From assembly GCA_031266455.1 (NCBI GenBank), contig JAISBA010000002.1:1937-65936 (forward strand): DNA of 64,000 bases. Reading direction: 5' to 3'. Origin of the DNA: Puniceicoccales bacterium (lineage in GTDB: Bacteria > Verrucomicrobiota > Verrucomicrobiia > Opitutales > UBA9783). This document shows positions 36,969 through 47,218 of this stretch, one piece after another. Both the position numbers and the translations under genes were made by a program. Each line of letters begins with the position of its first letter. The first letter of the stretch is position 1. The notes under the pieces were generated by a model. The model did no database searches. It saw only the letters and a list, made by a program, of their open reading frames with translations, and was not told where the DNA came from.

Positions 36969-38231
36969 ATGCGGTCACTTAAATGGTATATATATAGAAG
37001 CATTTATAAAGCAAGCCTATTTGGTATCAATATTGCTAATAGTGCAAGCATGAAACCATTGCATTACATGATTGCGGCCAATGTCGCATATTTTTGTTTA
37101 AAAAGTGCCTGTTGGGGAAACGAAAGCGATTATCGGATCGTCGACGATTGCCCATCCGGTGATCACATAAAATTGCTCTATCAAATGAAAACCATTGATG
37201 GAATGTTTGATTGGGATACACAACATCGATATTATGTCCTAACACCTTCTGGGAAACCTATCTATCGGTCCATACAGGATTTGGCAAGCGAATGTATACG
37301 AGGACTCCCTTGCGTCACACAACATACGTATCCTGAGCATCGGTCTTTGGTCGTTAATACGTTTTTGCGAAAGTACATTTCATCTTGTTATCGCGGTGAC
37401 CATGTGGGCGTTTTTCTCGATTTTCTTTCCAATCAACAATCGCTCACTTCTTTAGTCCCCTTCTCCGACAAGATAATTCCTGTAGAGGGTACCCTTGAAC
37501 AAGATTTTAACCATAAGTCGTTTGCGCAAATTTTTGGAGAATGTATGCGAACGCCTTCCATGGGTACGATGATGCGTGACCCCGAATACTGTCAACAACG
37601 TATACAAAAAAGAGAAAGTTGTGATGTGATGGAATTGGATCGGTCCGTGATTGCAAGAGTACTCAATCAACCGAGTAGCGATAAAACGGTGCTATTTGTA
37701 GGATTTGATCAAACTTTACCTACAGAAGGTGGAAATATTTATGCATCTACTCTCGACTATGAACGGTCGTTATTTTTAAGTACCTGGGGAGACCGACCTT
37801 CAAACGATCATAATCAAATAAAAACTTGTTTTTGCCAAATGCCGAATTTGTTGGAAATTTTTCCGGATATGTGCAGCGCATTTGACTACATCATCGTGGG
37901 TGGCCAAACGCGCGAATACGTTTATCCAGAAGCTTGGGCAGCATTTGGCCGTATGCTGAAGCTTGGCGGTCGACTAGTATATCCAGCTTATGGTTCATTA
38001 TCCTGCCATGACCAACTCTTTAGTTTGTTTTTAAACCAAACGCTGATGGAAAGCGTCGCCGAAGAAGGTTTTAGTTTCGCATTGCACCAGTGTGATCAAG
38101 TGTCCGAGCCCATTCATCAAACAATCAAAAAATTGGCAAGCTTTAATTGTGAACCCACTTATGGTAGTTTTTGTTACGTGCAAGGTGGAACATTATTTTG
38201 GCATAAAAAGATTATATCCACGCGTAAGTAA
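36969..38231 (+). CDS. hypothetical protein with possible degenerate class I methyltransferase-like C-terminal region
   Basis: A long clean ORF. FDYIIVGG......EAWAAFGRMLKLGGRLVY resembles the post-motif-I / motif-III region of SAM methyltransferases. The Gly-rich motif I is not conserved (VLFVGFDQ). The start may be at 37050. Confidence 0.5.
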   Translation: MRSLKWYIYRSIYKASLFGINIANSASMKPLHYMIAANVAYFCLKSACWGNESDYRIVDDCPSGDHIKLLYQMKTIDGMFDWDTQHRYYVLTPSGKPIYRSIQDLASECIRGLPCVTQHTYPEHRSLVVNTFLRKYISSCYRGDHVGVFLDFLSNQQSLTSLVPFSDKIIPVEGTLEQDFNHKSFAQIFGECMRTPSMGTMMRDPEYCQQRIQKRESCDVMELDRSVIARVLNQPSSDKTVLFVGFDQTLPTEGGNIYASTLDYERSLFLSTWGDRPSNDHNQIKTCFCQMPNLLEIFPDMCSAFDYIIVGGQTREYVYPEAWAAFGRMLKLGGRLVYPAYGSLSCHDQLFSLFLNQTLMESVAEEGFSFALHQCDQVSEPIHQTIKKLASFNCEPTYGSFCYVQGGTLFWHKKIISTRK

Positions 38232-38323
38232 GTCAAAAAAACTTTTACTGCATACTTAAACATAGGAACATCCATGCCAATACATAACGTATATCGCCGC
38301 GTGGAGCATTCGGTTCCGGTCCT

Positions 38324-39169
38324 TTATGAATTGCCCGAAAAAGCTTGCAAAAAAGTTGCCAGGCGAGATTTTAATTGACTGCGGGATACAATCTGATCAA
38401 TCAATCCGTGTTGCAACAAGAATTCAGCCGTTTGGAAGCCTTCGGGCAGTTCCTGCTGCGTTGTATCCTTGATGACACGAGGGCCCGCAAATCCAATCAG
38501 TGCGCCTGGCTCCGCAAGAATTAAATCCCCCAAGGAGGCAAAACTCGCCATGACGCCCGCCATCGTCGGATTTGTCAAAACAGAGATAAACGGTAGGTGC
38601 GCCTGCGATAACTTGGCCAAAGCCGCACTCGTTTTTGCCATCTGCATAAGACTTAAAATACCTTCATACATGCGTGCACCTCCCGACGCAGCGATGATGA
38701 TGACAGGACATTTTTTCTCCACACCCCTTTCGATGCAACGCGTAATTTTTTCACCCACCACTGATCCCATACTGCCACCTAAAAAACGAAAATCCATAAC
38801 CGCCATGGAAATAAGACAACCTTCCAATTGCCCCATGCCGCAAATCACCGCATCCCTAAGTCCCGTTTTTTTCTGATATTGTGCAATTTTCCCGGGATAC
38901 GATTCGAGCCCTTCAAATTTGAGTGGATCGGATGCATGCAATTGCACATCTTTTTCTTCGAAACTCCCGGCGTCGGTGAGCAGACGAATGCGTTCCGGAG
39001 CCGATAATGGAAAGTGATAACCACTTTTGGGTACAACCATCCAATTTTCTTGAAGGGTTTTGTTGTAAACAATTTCTCCCGTGACCGGACATTTCGTCCA
39101 AACATCTTTCGGAATATCGTTTTTTCGAACGGTGACCGTAGAATATTTTGGCTTACCAAATAAAGACAT
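38324..39169 (-). CDS. accD: acetyl-CoA carboxylase carboxyltransferase beta subunit
   Basis: [26 protein letters not shown] and [11 protein letters not shown] are the AccD carboxyltransferase motifs. The N-terminal zinc-ribbon cysteines are mostly replaced. Confidence 0.9.
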   Translation of the reverse strand: MSLFGKPKYSTVTVRKNDIPKDVWTKCPVTGEIVYNKTLQENWMVVPKSGYHFPLSAPERIRLLTDAGSFEEKDVQLHASDPLKFEGLESYPGKIAQYQKKTGLRDAVICGMGQLEGCLISMAVMDFRFLGGSMGSVVGEKITRCIERGVEKKCPVIIIAASGGARMYEGILSLMQMAKTSAALAKLSQAHLPFISVLTNPTMAGVMASFASLGDLILAEPGALIGFAGPRVIKDTTQQELPEGFQTAEFLLQHGLIDQIVSRSQLKSRLATFLQAFSGNS

Positions 39170-39189
39170 AGTTTATTCCTTTCTTCCTA

Positions 39190-39906
39190 TTATCCGTGTG
39201 CCAACGCAAATATACTTATGCGTTGCGCACCTCCTTTTTGCAAGGTTTTTGCACAGGCATTCAAAGTAGCACCCGTCGTAAATACGTCATCTACCAAAAC
39301 GTAATGCACGTCAGGGTTGCACGCATCTCGCTTTTTGAGTGAAAACACATTGCATACATTGGATTTTCTCTCTTCTCGCGTTAGGTACGTTTGCGATCGC
39401 GTGTAACGTCGCCGCACCAACATATTTTTGACCTCCCCTTGGCAGTGTTGAGAAAGTAAATTCGAAATCCATTCGCTTTGATTAAATCCTCGCTGCCAAT
39501 GACGAAAATAATGCAGAGGTACGGGGATGAATGTACTTCCTTTGAAAACGTTTAATTTGGATGTAAATTGATTAAAAAGTGCTCGCAAATTATGTTTTAA
39601 AAACAGCCCATTTTTGTATTTCAGCAGGTGAATCAATGCCCTTCCGATCCCTTTATAGGGGAATAAGGTAATACCGCATTGGAAACTTGGATTCATTTCC
39701 AAACAGTCGGCACAAATTAAGTTTTCTGCAACTTCAGGTAACATAGGACGACCACAACGTTGGCAACAGCCGCCGTCGGACAGAACGAATTCTTTTGCAC
39801 ACGCATTGCAGATAAATCCATCACGTATGGACGGCATAGGCCGGTGGCAATGCATGCAAAAGCGAGGGAAAAAGAAATCTAAAAAACTCATCCACAGAAC
39901 ATGCAT
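39190..39906 (-). CDS. comF: ComF family protein (phosphoribosyltransferase fold)
   Basis: N-terminal Cys-rich zinc fingers (CMHCH...CNAC...CQRCG...CADC) and the C-terminal PRT motif VLVDDVFTTGATL. Confidence 0.8.
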   Translation of the reverse strand: MHVLWMSFLDFFFPRFCMHCHRPMPSIRDGFICNACAKEFVLSDGGCCQRCGRPMLPEVAENLICADCLEMNPSFQCGITLFPYKGIGRALIHLLKYKNGLFLKHNLRALFNQFTSKLNVFKGSTFIPVPLHYFRHWQRGFNQSEWISNLLSQHCQGEVKNMLVRRRYTRSQTYLTREERKSNVCNVFSLKKRDACNPDVHYVLVDDVFTTGATLNACAKTLQKGGAQRISIFALAHG

Positions 39907-39913
39907 TATTTCC

Positions 39914-41650
39914 TTAATTAAGTTGAATGGGGATGGCTAGCTTTTCAAGTCGTTTTTGTTCTGACTCCATTTGCAGATCCCCTTGCCAACGTCGTAAATC
40001 AAACACGGTTACGTACAGCATAAGTCCCAAAAATAAGATAACGAAGACCGTTTGTATGGTACTGATAAGCCTTCCCGGCAGCGCTTTACCGCGTATTTTT
40101 TCAATGCATGCAAATAGGATATGTCCACCATCAAGCACAGGTATTGGAAATAAATTCAAAATAGCCAGATTTATGTTGAGTAGAACAATAAACCAAAGAA
40201 GTCGTCGAAAATCATCGGTTGAAAATCGATGCAATAGGCGCATGATCCCGGGAGCTCCCATTAAATGTTGTACTTTAATATCCGAGTTTTTATTAACGAG
40301 CCTGGAAAATGTTTCCAAAGTCGATTGGATGGATTGTGAAAATTGTTTCCACGGCGTAGGATGCGTGAGGATCATTTTTTGTTGAAACAAAATGCCCAAG
40401 CGATAGGTGTATTGCATGTCATGCAGTTGCAAATTGAGATCCGTTGCGGGCAAGGAAACCAACTGACTTTTACCATTGTGGACGAGTTCGAACATTAAAT
40501 TTTTTCCACGAAAAGATTCCAGCAGAGCGTATAAATCGTTGAGGTTATTAACCCGAATACCGTTGCAGGAACGGACGATGGCGTCTTCGGTGAACGGAAT
40601 AAAAAACTCTCCCTGAGATGTAAGAATTTTTATGCAGGTATCCCTATCTTGTTCATCGACATAAAATTCCAGTAATTTGTTTTTTTCTCCCATTTGTAGC
40701 CACGATTTTTGCTGAGGCACTTTAAGAGGTTCGCAGGCGAGCTTCAATAACTCTCCATTGCGTTGGAGGCTTAAAGCAACCGATTCGGGCTTTTTTTCAT
40801 TGAGATAAGTGCGCAAGCCTAAAAACGAATGTAATGGTTGGTCATCAATGGCAACAATTTTATCCCCCAGCTGCAGTCCAATCTTTTCTGCCGAAGACCC
40901 GGATTCTATGCGCTCAATCGTTAAATCTTGTTTGGGTGCAATGATCCCACTGAAACGAACAAAGTCGTTTGTGAGAAGATTTGTTTGTACTTTTAGAGGA
41001 CGCAAAACAGTGCTATGAGTTTGCCGGTTTCTTTCAAACGTAATTCTTGATTGGGCATGGCCTTGCTTGCTGCGGTGCGTTCCAAGAATAATGTACTTTT
41101 CTATATCCGAAAAGCATTGAATGGGTTGATCGTCGATGGCAAGAATTTTGTCTCCCACCTGTAATCCAGCCTGCAAGGCAGGAGAAGGTTGCGTGACACC
41201 GAATTCATCGGACCACTTGGGTACAATATAACCGATTTCAGTACTTTTATCCTGTTCCGGAACGGATAAACCTACGATCCATAACATGGTTGCGATGACA
41301 AAGGCAAATAAAATATTGAAGACGGCTCCCATGACGGCTACGAGAAATTTGTCCGTGAAGCTTAACGTCTTTGTAGGGATTGTCGATGAACCTTCCAGGA
41401 TGGGAATTTCGCCCATCTGCGGAAGTGCAACGTAACCTCCAAGCGGGAACAGCGATATACAGTACTCCGTTTCTCCTCTTTTCCAAGAAAAGATTTTGGG
41501 GCCAAAGCCAATTGAAAACGTGGGAACATACAGTTTCCTTTTTTTGGCGATCAAGAAGTGTCCGAATTCGTGAATAAAAATGGATCCGCCAAAAAAGGCG
41601 AGCATCCAAAAAATAGCCCACAAATTTAACAACCATGCACCCCATTCCAT
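39914..41650 (-). CDS. rseP: RIP metalloprotease RseP (site-2 protease) with extended PDZ region
   Basis: HEFGHF zinc motif, LQVGDKILAIDDQPI and LQLGDKIVAIDDQPL PDZ repeats, and the C-terminal NLFPIPVLDGGH motif. Confidence 0.9.
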   Translation of the reverse strand: MEWGAWLLNLWAIFWMLAFFGGSIFIHEFGHFLIAKKRKLYVPTFSIGFGPKIFSWKRGETEYCISLFPLGGYVALPQMGEIPILEGSSTIPTKTLSFTDKFLVAVMGAVFNILFAFVIATMLWIVGLSVPEQDKSTEIGYIVPKWSDEFGVTQPSPALQAGLQVGDKILAIDDQPIQCFSDIEKYIILGTHRSKQGHAQSRITFERNRQTHSTVLRPLKVQTNLLTNDFVRFSGIIAPKQDLTIERIESGSSAEKIGLQLGDKIVAIDDQPLHSFLGLRTYLNEKKPESVALSLQRNGELLKLACEPLKVPQQKSWLQMGEKNKLLEFYVDEQDRDTCIKILTSQGEFFIPFTEDAIVRSCNGIRVNNLNDLYALLESFRGKNLMFELVHNGKSQLVSLPATDLNLQLHDMQYTYRLGILFQQKMILTHPTPWKQFSQSIQSTLETFSRLVNKNSDIKVQHLMGAPGIMRLLHRFSTDDFRRLLWFIVLLNINLAILNLFPIPVLDGGHILFACIEKIRGKALPGRLISTIQTVFVILFLGLMLYVTVFDLRRWQGDLQMESEQKRLEKLAIPIQLN

Positions 41651-41851
41651 AACCTTGCTTTATGGAACCATGAATAAAATTTTTTGCAATTCAAATTTTT
41701 GGCAGACTAAAGCAATGATACTTTTAAAGGAGGGTAGCACATCCGGTACACGGAAACGCTTCTGCGGTACAAGTCGTTATCCAAAAACATTTGAATGCAA
41801 CAGGGCCTGGGTACAAATTACGTTCAATACAAAAACGTCCTTCATGCCGAT

Positions 41852-42832
41852 TTACCGCAGAGTCGTTCGCAGACGTGGATCATTGAAACACAGCAGTATG
41901 TCTGCCAATAAATTACCCAGAATGAGCATGCAACTTCCAATGACCACCGCTCCCATCACGACGTATTGATCTTTAGCCATGAATGCTTCAAATAACAGCT
42001 GTCCCAAGCCGGGGTAGTTAAAAACGTTTTCAACGAGTAATGCTCCTGACAATAGGCCAGCAAGCGCAAATCCAAAGTGTGAAATGAGCGGATTAAACGT
42101 GTTTCTTAAGACGTGCTTAAAAAGGAGTGTCCGGGAAGATACGCCTTTTGCTTGGGCAACACGCACATATTCGGCATGCAAATTGTCCAAATAGCAATTG
42201 CGTGTGATGCGAAAAATGTGGGCAAAAATGCTTAAGCTGAGAATGAAAGACGGAAGCAATAGATGCTGTAACGTATCTACGATTTGCTGCGATAACGAAA
42301 GGAAATCGTGCTCAATGGATGTTTTGCCCATGATGGGGAATAATCCTGTTTTTGCCGCAAAGAAAATACCCAATAAAGCCAAAAAGAATTCCGGCAAAGA
42401 GAGAAATAGGTAGGCTAAGAACCGCAGGGCTTTATCCCATAGGCCATGCGCGTAAATGGCTGCCAAAATGGCGCATGGGATGGCGCTCGTCCAACCTAAT
42501 ACGAGGGCCAATAGGGTTAACCGTATTGTAGCTCCCACACGCTGTTGAAAGAGTTCTAATACGGGTAAATTATAAATCCATGATTCTCCAAAATCTAGAC
42601 GACATAAGCATTTTACCCAGCAAAAATACTGGACATACCACGGTTTATCCAACCCAAATTTGTTTTTTAAACTGAGTACGTATTTTGAAGCAATGGAAGG
42701 ATCCGCTTCCACTTGCGTTAAAAAGTCCCCGGGACAACAATACATCAATAAGAATGTAAAGCATGTAATGCCGAAAATAAGTCCCACAGAACTTATCAGT
42801 CTACGTCCTATAAAATACTTCATGGGTCGCAC
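41852..42832 (-). CDS. ABC transporter permease (OppB/DppB family)
   Basis: The 326-aa protein has six hydrophobic segments. The region AEYVRVAQAKGVSSRTLLFKHVLRN contains the EAA-type loop typical of peptide permeases. Confidence 0.8.
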   Translation of the reverse strand: MRPMKYFIGRRLISSVGLIFGITCFTFLLMYCCPGDFLTQVEADPSIASKYVLSLKNKFGLDKPWYVQYFCWVKCLCRLDFGESWIYNLPVLELFQQRVGATIRLTLLALVLGWTSAIPCAILAAIYAHGLWDKALRFLAYLFLSLPEFFLALLGIFFAAKTGLFPIMGKTSIEHDFLSLSQQIVDTLQHLLLPSFILSLSIFAHIFRITRNCYLDNLHAEYVRVAQAKGVSSRTLLFKHVLRNTFNPLISHFGFALAGLLSGALLVENVFNYPGLGQLLFEAFMAKDQYVVMGAVVIGSCMLILGNLLADILLCFNDPRLRTTLR

Positions 42833-44715
42833 CAGATTTCTTCAATATTCCAAATAATATTACCTCTTGGAGGAATGCGAAGATTTTTCCATTTATTTTT
42901 TATTCCCGTAAAGTGATTGGCTGAACACAAAGGCATCCAGGGGACTTGTTCGTTCATAATTTCTTGAATGCGATCCCAGTAAGGTTTGCGGACGGCTACA
43001 TCTAAACTTTGAGCCTGCAAATTTAGCAGTCCATCTACCTCTTTTTCCCATTTCGTTTGAGCTTGCGTTTGCTTAGGCCACCAATAGTGGAAATTACCAC
43101 CGCTGTGCAGGGCTTCTAAAAAATCATTGGGATCGTTTTGCCCGAATCGAAAGCCAACGATGGCGCTATCGTAGGTATAATGGTGATTAATTATTTCCAA
43201 TAAAGCTTTGAAATCGAGATTAATGACATTTACGTCAATACCTAGGTCAGCCATATTATTTTTGAACGTTGTAATGAGGGTATTGGTCCCCGATGTTGAC
43301 CACAGGATATCGAAACAAACGCGCTGTTGGTCGGTATCCCTCAAATCACCTTGCTCATCCCACGTAAATCCGGCTTCTTTGAGCCTTTGTTTCGCCTTAT
43401 CCGGACTGTAGTCGTAAGGATGCAGTTCGGGATTATACCAACGGCTATCAAGGCGGTGTATAAAACTATGCCACACTTCACCCTGCCCCAAGTAATTTGC
43501 TTCCACCATTCCTTGCCTATCCAGTCCATACAAAATAGCCTGCCTAAAGCGAACATCGCTGAACCATTTTAATTTGTATGGCTCAACAAAATGTTTACCC
43601 TTTGCGGTGACTCCGGATTGCAAATTGAACCAAAAAAACGTAAATTTGATATCGGGGCCTCGATCGTAGATCGTGTAGTCATACCGGCTTGCTTCATTTT
43701 TTATCCACTGCAAATCCATAGAACCGATGGGAGCTGCATCCGTTTTCCCAGATCCAAACAAAATAGTTCTTACGGTTGTATTGGATACGTATTGCGTGAT
43801 ATAGGCATCCACGTAGGGTAAGCGTTGACCGAGGTTGTCCACTTTCCAATAGTAGGGATTGGGAACCAAAATAAGTCTTTCTCCCGGCTGGAAATATTTG
43901 ATGCAGAAAGGACCCATGCCGACGATATCTTGTGGATTGTCAACGGCTGTTTGGAGGTTCCATTGATTTAATAGGGTATTGTTTCTGACGCTTTCCTCAA
44001 GTTTATGTTTGGGTAATATGAAAACACTGGACAGGTCTTCCAAAAAGGAAGCCCAAACAATGGGTGTTTCAAATTCGATGGTTTTGTGGTCTATTTTTTT
44101 GTATGCCAATTGTTTTTGCTGATAAATAAATTTGTTGACGAAAGTACTTGGAAATTTCCATTCACCATGTTCCCGATCATCTTGTATTTTTGCAAATAAC
44201 AAATCAAAGGTAAACAGCACATCTTCGATGGAGAACGGATGTCCGTCGCTCCATTGGAGTCCTTGCCGTAGAGTGAATCTATAAATTCTATTGTCCTGAA
44301 TGGTAAAATATTTGGCCAAACCGGGGATTAAACATTGATGTTCGTAATCGTATTCCAACAAACTGGCAAAAAGTAATTTTTGAGCATTGTTGGAAGGCCC
44401 ATCTATTTTGGTGAGTGGATTAAACGTTTTGGGTTCCTGTTCAAAGGAAGTAACGAATACGCCTCCATATTTTCCAGGAGGTTGCAGCATGCGGCAATAA
44501 TCAATCGGAATTGTGGATAAAGGCAGGCGACACTTTGCCACCGGAGAAGGCTTGAATTTTCTCAATTGAAGACTAACAACTACAATGCAGACGCCCGCAA
44601 GGGTAACCCACAATATTTTCACCTTTTTTAGGAAAAACGAACTTATTTTATAATCAAGCTTTTTGTTGTAAAACACATTTTTAACCCGCTGTTTCGCGAC
44701 TTCATCGGAATACAA
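42820..44715 (-). CDS. ABC transporter substrate-binding protein, family 5 (OppA/DppA-like)
   Basis: The 631-aa protein has an N-terminal membrane anchor or signal and an SBP_bac_5-like pattern (LARSW......YTFHLR-like: LAKYFTIQDNRIYRFTLRQGLQWSDG). It overlaps the permease gene by 13 nt. Confidence 0.75.
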   Translation of the reverse strand: MYSDEVAKQRVKNVFYNKKLDYKISSFFLKKVKILWVTLAGVCIVVVSLQLRKFKPSPVAKCRLPLSTIPIDYCRMLQPPGKYGGVFVTSFEQEPKTFNPLTKIDGPSNNAQKLLFASLLEYDYEHQCLIPGLAKYFTIQDNRIYRFTLRQGLQWSDGHPFSIEDVLFTFDLLFAKIQDDREHGEWKFPSTFVNKFIYQQKQLAYKKIDHKTIEFETPIVWASFLEDLSSVFILPKHKLEESVRNNTLLNQWNLQTAVDNPQDIVGMGPFCIKYFQPGERLILVPNPYYWKVDNLGQRLPYVDAYITQYVSNTTVRTILFGSGKTDAAPIGSMDLQWIKNEASRYDYTIYDRGPDIKFTFFWFNLQSGVTAKGKHFVEPYKLKWFSDVRFRQAILYGLDRQGMVEANYLGQGEVWHSFIHRLDSRWYNPELHPYDYSPDKAKQRLKEAGFTWDEQGDLRDTDQQRVCFDILWSTSGTNTLITTFKNNMADLGIDVNVINLDFKALLEIINHHYTYDSAIVGFRFGQNDPNDFLEALHSGGNFHYWWPKQTQAQTKWEKEVDGLLNLQAQSLDVAVRKPYWDRIQEIMNEQVPWMPLCSANHFTGIKNKWKNLRIPPRGNIIWNIEEIWCDP

Positions 44716-44835
44716 TACTTCGTTTTACAATACGTCGTCGAGGTTTTACGCCCCCCGTAAACTTGTTGGCCATAATGCTTGACCTAGGGCCGTGTAAAAT
44801 TTACAAATTTGTTCTCAAAACTTATTGGCTGTCGA

Positions 44836-46074
44836 ATGGTTATGAAAAAAGGAGGCGCGCATGCGTATTTCATTTGGGCAATCGGGTCCTTATTCTATTT
44901 ATACGAATATTTTGTACGCGTTGTACCGAGTGTCATGGAAGGTGATTTGGAGCTTGCGTTTGGCGCCAATGCAACGCAAATAGCGACGGCGGTAGGTATG
45001 TATTTGATGGCTTATTCGCCCATGCAGCTGGTCGTGGGCCCATTATTTGACGTTTTTGGGACGCGCAAATTGTTGGTACCGGCCAGTCTTATTTTAACGT
45101 TGAGCTGCTTATTACCTTTGGTCCCAAGTGACCATCTGGTTTACTTTGGACTCGGTAGATTCCTAATGGGTTTTTCTTCGGCCTTTGGGTTTGTCGGCGT
45201 GATGTATTTGTGTACCCTTTGGTTCCCCGCCAAACGCTTGGCAATGTTGTCAGGACTCACAACAGCTTTAGGTATGCTGGGAGCTATTACGGCCCAAACG
45301 TGTCTATCGTCTCTTAATGAGCAATTGGGTTGGCATTCAACGTGGTATTTATCGGTAGCTTTTGGTATTTTTGTAACATGCTTGCTAATGTTTTGCATTC
45401 CCAAACATCCAGATTGGTTGCCCAAGCCTAGGGGTAAACACATTTGGATTTCCTGTAAAAATAATTTGATACAAGTATTTAAAAGCAAACAAACCTGGCT
45501 GATTGGATTTTTAGCCAGTGCATTATTCATGCCATTGGCCGTGTTTGCCGATTTTTGGGCCATACCTTATTTTGTGAATGTTTCTCATTTTACCAGCAGA
45601 CAAGCCGTACAGTTAACGGCATTATTATATTTGGGATGGACATTGGGATCCCCTTTTGTGGGATGGCTTTCCGATAGATTTCAAACGCGAAAAATTCCTC
45701 TGTTCGTCAGCGGCCTACTGAGTAGTTTTGTCTTTACCTGGATTATTTGCATTCCCGGGGCACAGTTTTTTACAATTGCGTTTCTATTGTTTATTTTGGG
45801 ACTTTGTTCCAGCGGCGAGGTGGTCAGTTTTATCGCTTGTGTAGAACTGAATACAAAGCAAGCAAGCGGTAGTTCGATTGCCGTGATCAATATGATCGTT
45901 ATGTGGTTATGCGGCTTTGTACAAACGCTTACGGGATATCTGATCGATTTATTTAAGCCTTGTTACGATTTGCAGCAAACGTATCAGCTATCCCTATGCG
46001 TTATAGCTTTGTCCTTAATTTTAGGAACCCTTCTCTTTGGTCTGTTTGCCAAAGAGAAGAGTCGAATGCAATAG
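44836..46074 (+). CDS. MFS transporter
   Basis: Twelve hydrophobic segments with an MFS loop motif (DVFGTRKLL). The start is set at the first ATG because the listed ORF begins at a TTG. Confidence 0.7.
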   Translation: MVMKKGGAHAYFIWAIGSLFYLYEYFVRVVPSVMEGDLELAFGANATQIATAVGMYLMAYSPMQLVVGPLFDVFGTRKLLVPASLILTLSCLLPLVPSDHLVYFGLGRFLMGFSSAFGFVGVMYLCTLWFPAKRLAMLSGLTTALGMLGAITAQTCLSSLNEQLGWHSTWYLSVAFGIFVTCLLMFCIPKHPDWLPKPRGKHIWISCKNNLIQVFKSKQTWLIGFLASALFMPLAVFADFWAIPYFVNVSHFTSRQAVQLTALLYLGWTLGSPFVGWLSDRFQTRKIPLFVSGLLSSFVFTWIICIPGAQFFTIAFLLFILGLCSSGEVVSFIACVELNTKQASGSSIAVINMIVMWLCGFVQTLTGYLIDLFKPCYDLQQTYQLSLCVIALSLILGTLLFGLFAKEKSRMQ

Positions 46075-46207
46075 GTACCGCATTCAATGCGATATGCTGT
46101 GGGATACGGGTACGACAAAAGCAAAGATAGACTTGTTTAGGTTCACAAAAGCACATACATCCTACCGACAACCCGGTAAGATAAAATTTTATTCTAAGCC
46201 CAATTTA

Positions 46208-47131
46208 TTAAAATCGGAATTCCGTTTGGGAATTCGGCAAAGTTTGATGAACACGATACCGTTCGCAGGTCCTTTTGCTTAAGGCCGTTAAATTGAGTTC
46301 GTTAAAAACACGTATGAGTTCGGTGGGATTAGGTTGTATTTGCTGTGCGTTAAAAATATCCACATTATCAATTAAATCTTCCGCATAATCCAATTGGGCC
46401 AACTGTTGATTTCTTGCAAGAAGATTTTTTGCTTCCATCAGACGGTCGCGAAATCGTTCGGGTTTTATGCAGTCGATGTTAGTAAGTATCGCGTTGATAG
46501 ACGTATACTGCCGTAACCAACGAATGGCAGTTTTCGACCCTACGCCGCAAACACCTTCGAAGTTATCGGCAGCGTCCCCCATAAGTGCCAAGTAATCAAC
46601 CACCTGGTTAGGCCAGATTCCCATTCTTTCGTATACACCCTTTGTATCCAGTAATTTCCAGCCTTGTTGCGTAGGTATAAGTTGATGTACACGTTCGTTA
46701 ACGCACTGCATTAAGTCTTTGTCAGCACTTACAATAACCGCTTTACCATGATTTTGAGAAATCTTTTGAGACAATGTCCCCAATAGATCATCTGCTTCCA
46801 CGCCCATTTTTTCAAGCACATGTCCGCCCAAATGTGGAATAAGCTGTTTTATGAAGGGCAATTGCTGCTTAAATGCTTCTGGGGTGGCCATTCGATTTGC
46901 CTTGTAAACGGGCAAAAGTTGTGTACGTCGAATCGATCGACTGCAGTCAAAAAAAATCCATAAATGAGTGTATTGAATCCACTGTTCAAGCAACCATAGC
47001 GTATTGATGAACCCGTAAATTGCGTTTACAGGCAGCGTACTTGCGTTTGATAAATGTTTAACACCGTAGAAACATCTGAAAGCCAAATTGGTTCCATCAA
47101 TCAATAGATGATCGGTTGCATACACTCGCAT
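46208..47131 (-). CDS. 5'-3' exonuclease (Pol I N-terminal / FEN-like, stand-alone)
   Basis: LLIDGTNLAFRCFYG, YKANR, EADDLLGTL, VSADKDLMQ and the H3TH region GVCGVGSKTA. Confidence 0.85.
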   Translation of the reverse strand: MRVYATDHLLIDGTNLAFRCFYGVKHLSNASTLPVNAIYGFINTLWLLEQWIQYTHLWIFFDCSRSIRRTQLLPVYKANRMATPEAFKQQLPFIKQLIPHLGGHVLEKMGVEADDLLGTLSQKISQNHGKAVIVSADKDLMQCVNERVHQLIPTQQGWKLLDTKGVYERMGIWPNQVVDYLALMGDAADNFEGVCGVGSKTAIRWLRQYTSINAILTNIDCIKPERFRDRLMEAKNLLARNQQLAQLDYAEDLIDNVDIFNAQQIQPNPTELIRVFNELNLTALSKRTCERYRVHQTLPNSQTEFRF

Positions 47132-47218
47132 AAAACTGAGTATGGCAAAAGAAAAAGTAAAGGTTTAAAATTTTTATGTTGTTTTTTTGTATCAATATTT
47201 GTATTATAAGGACTAGCT

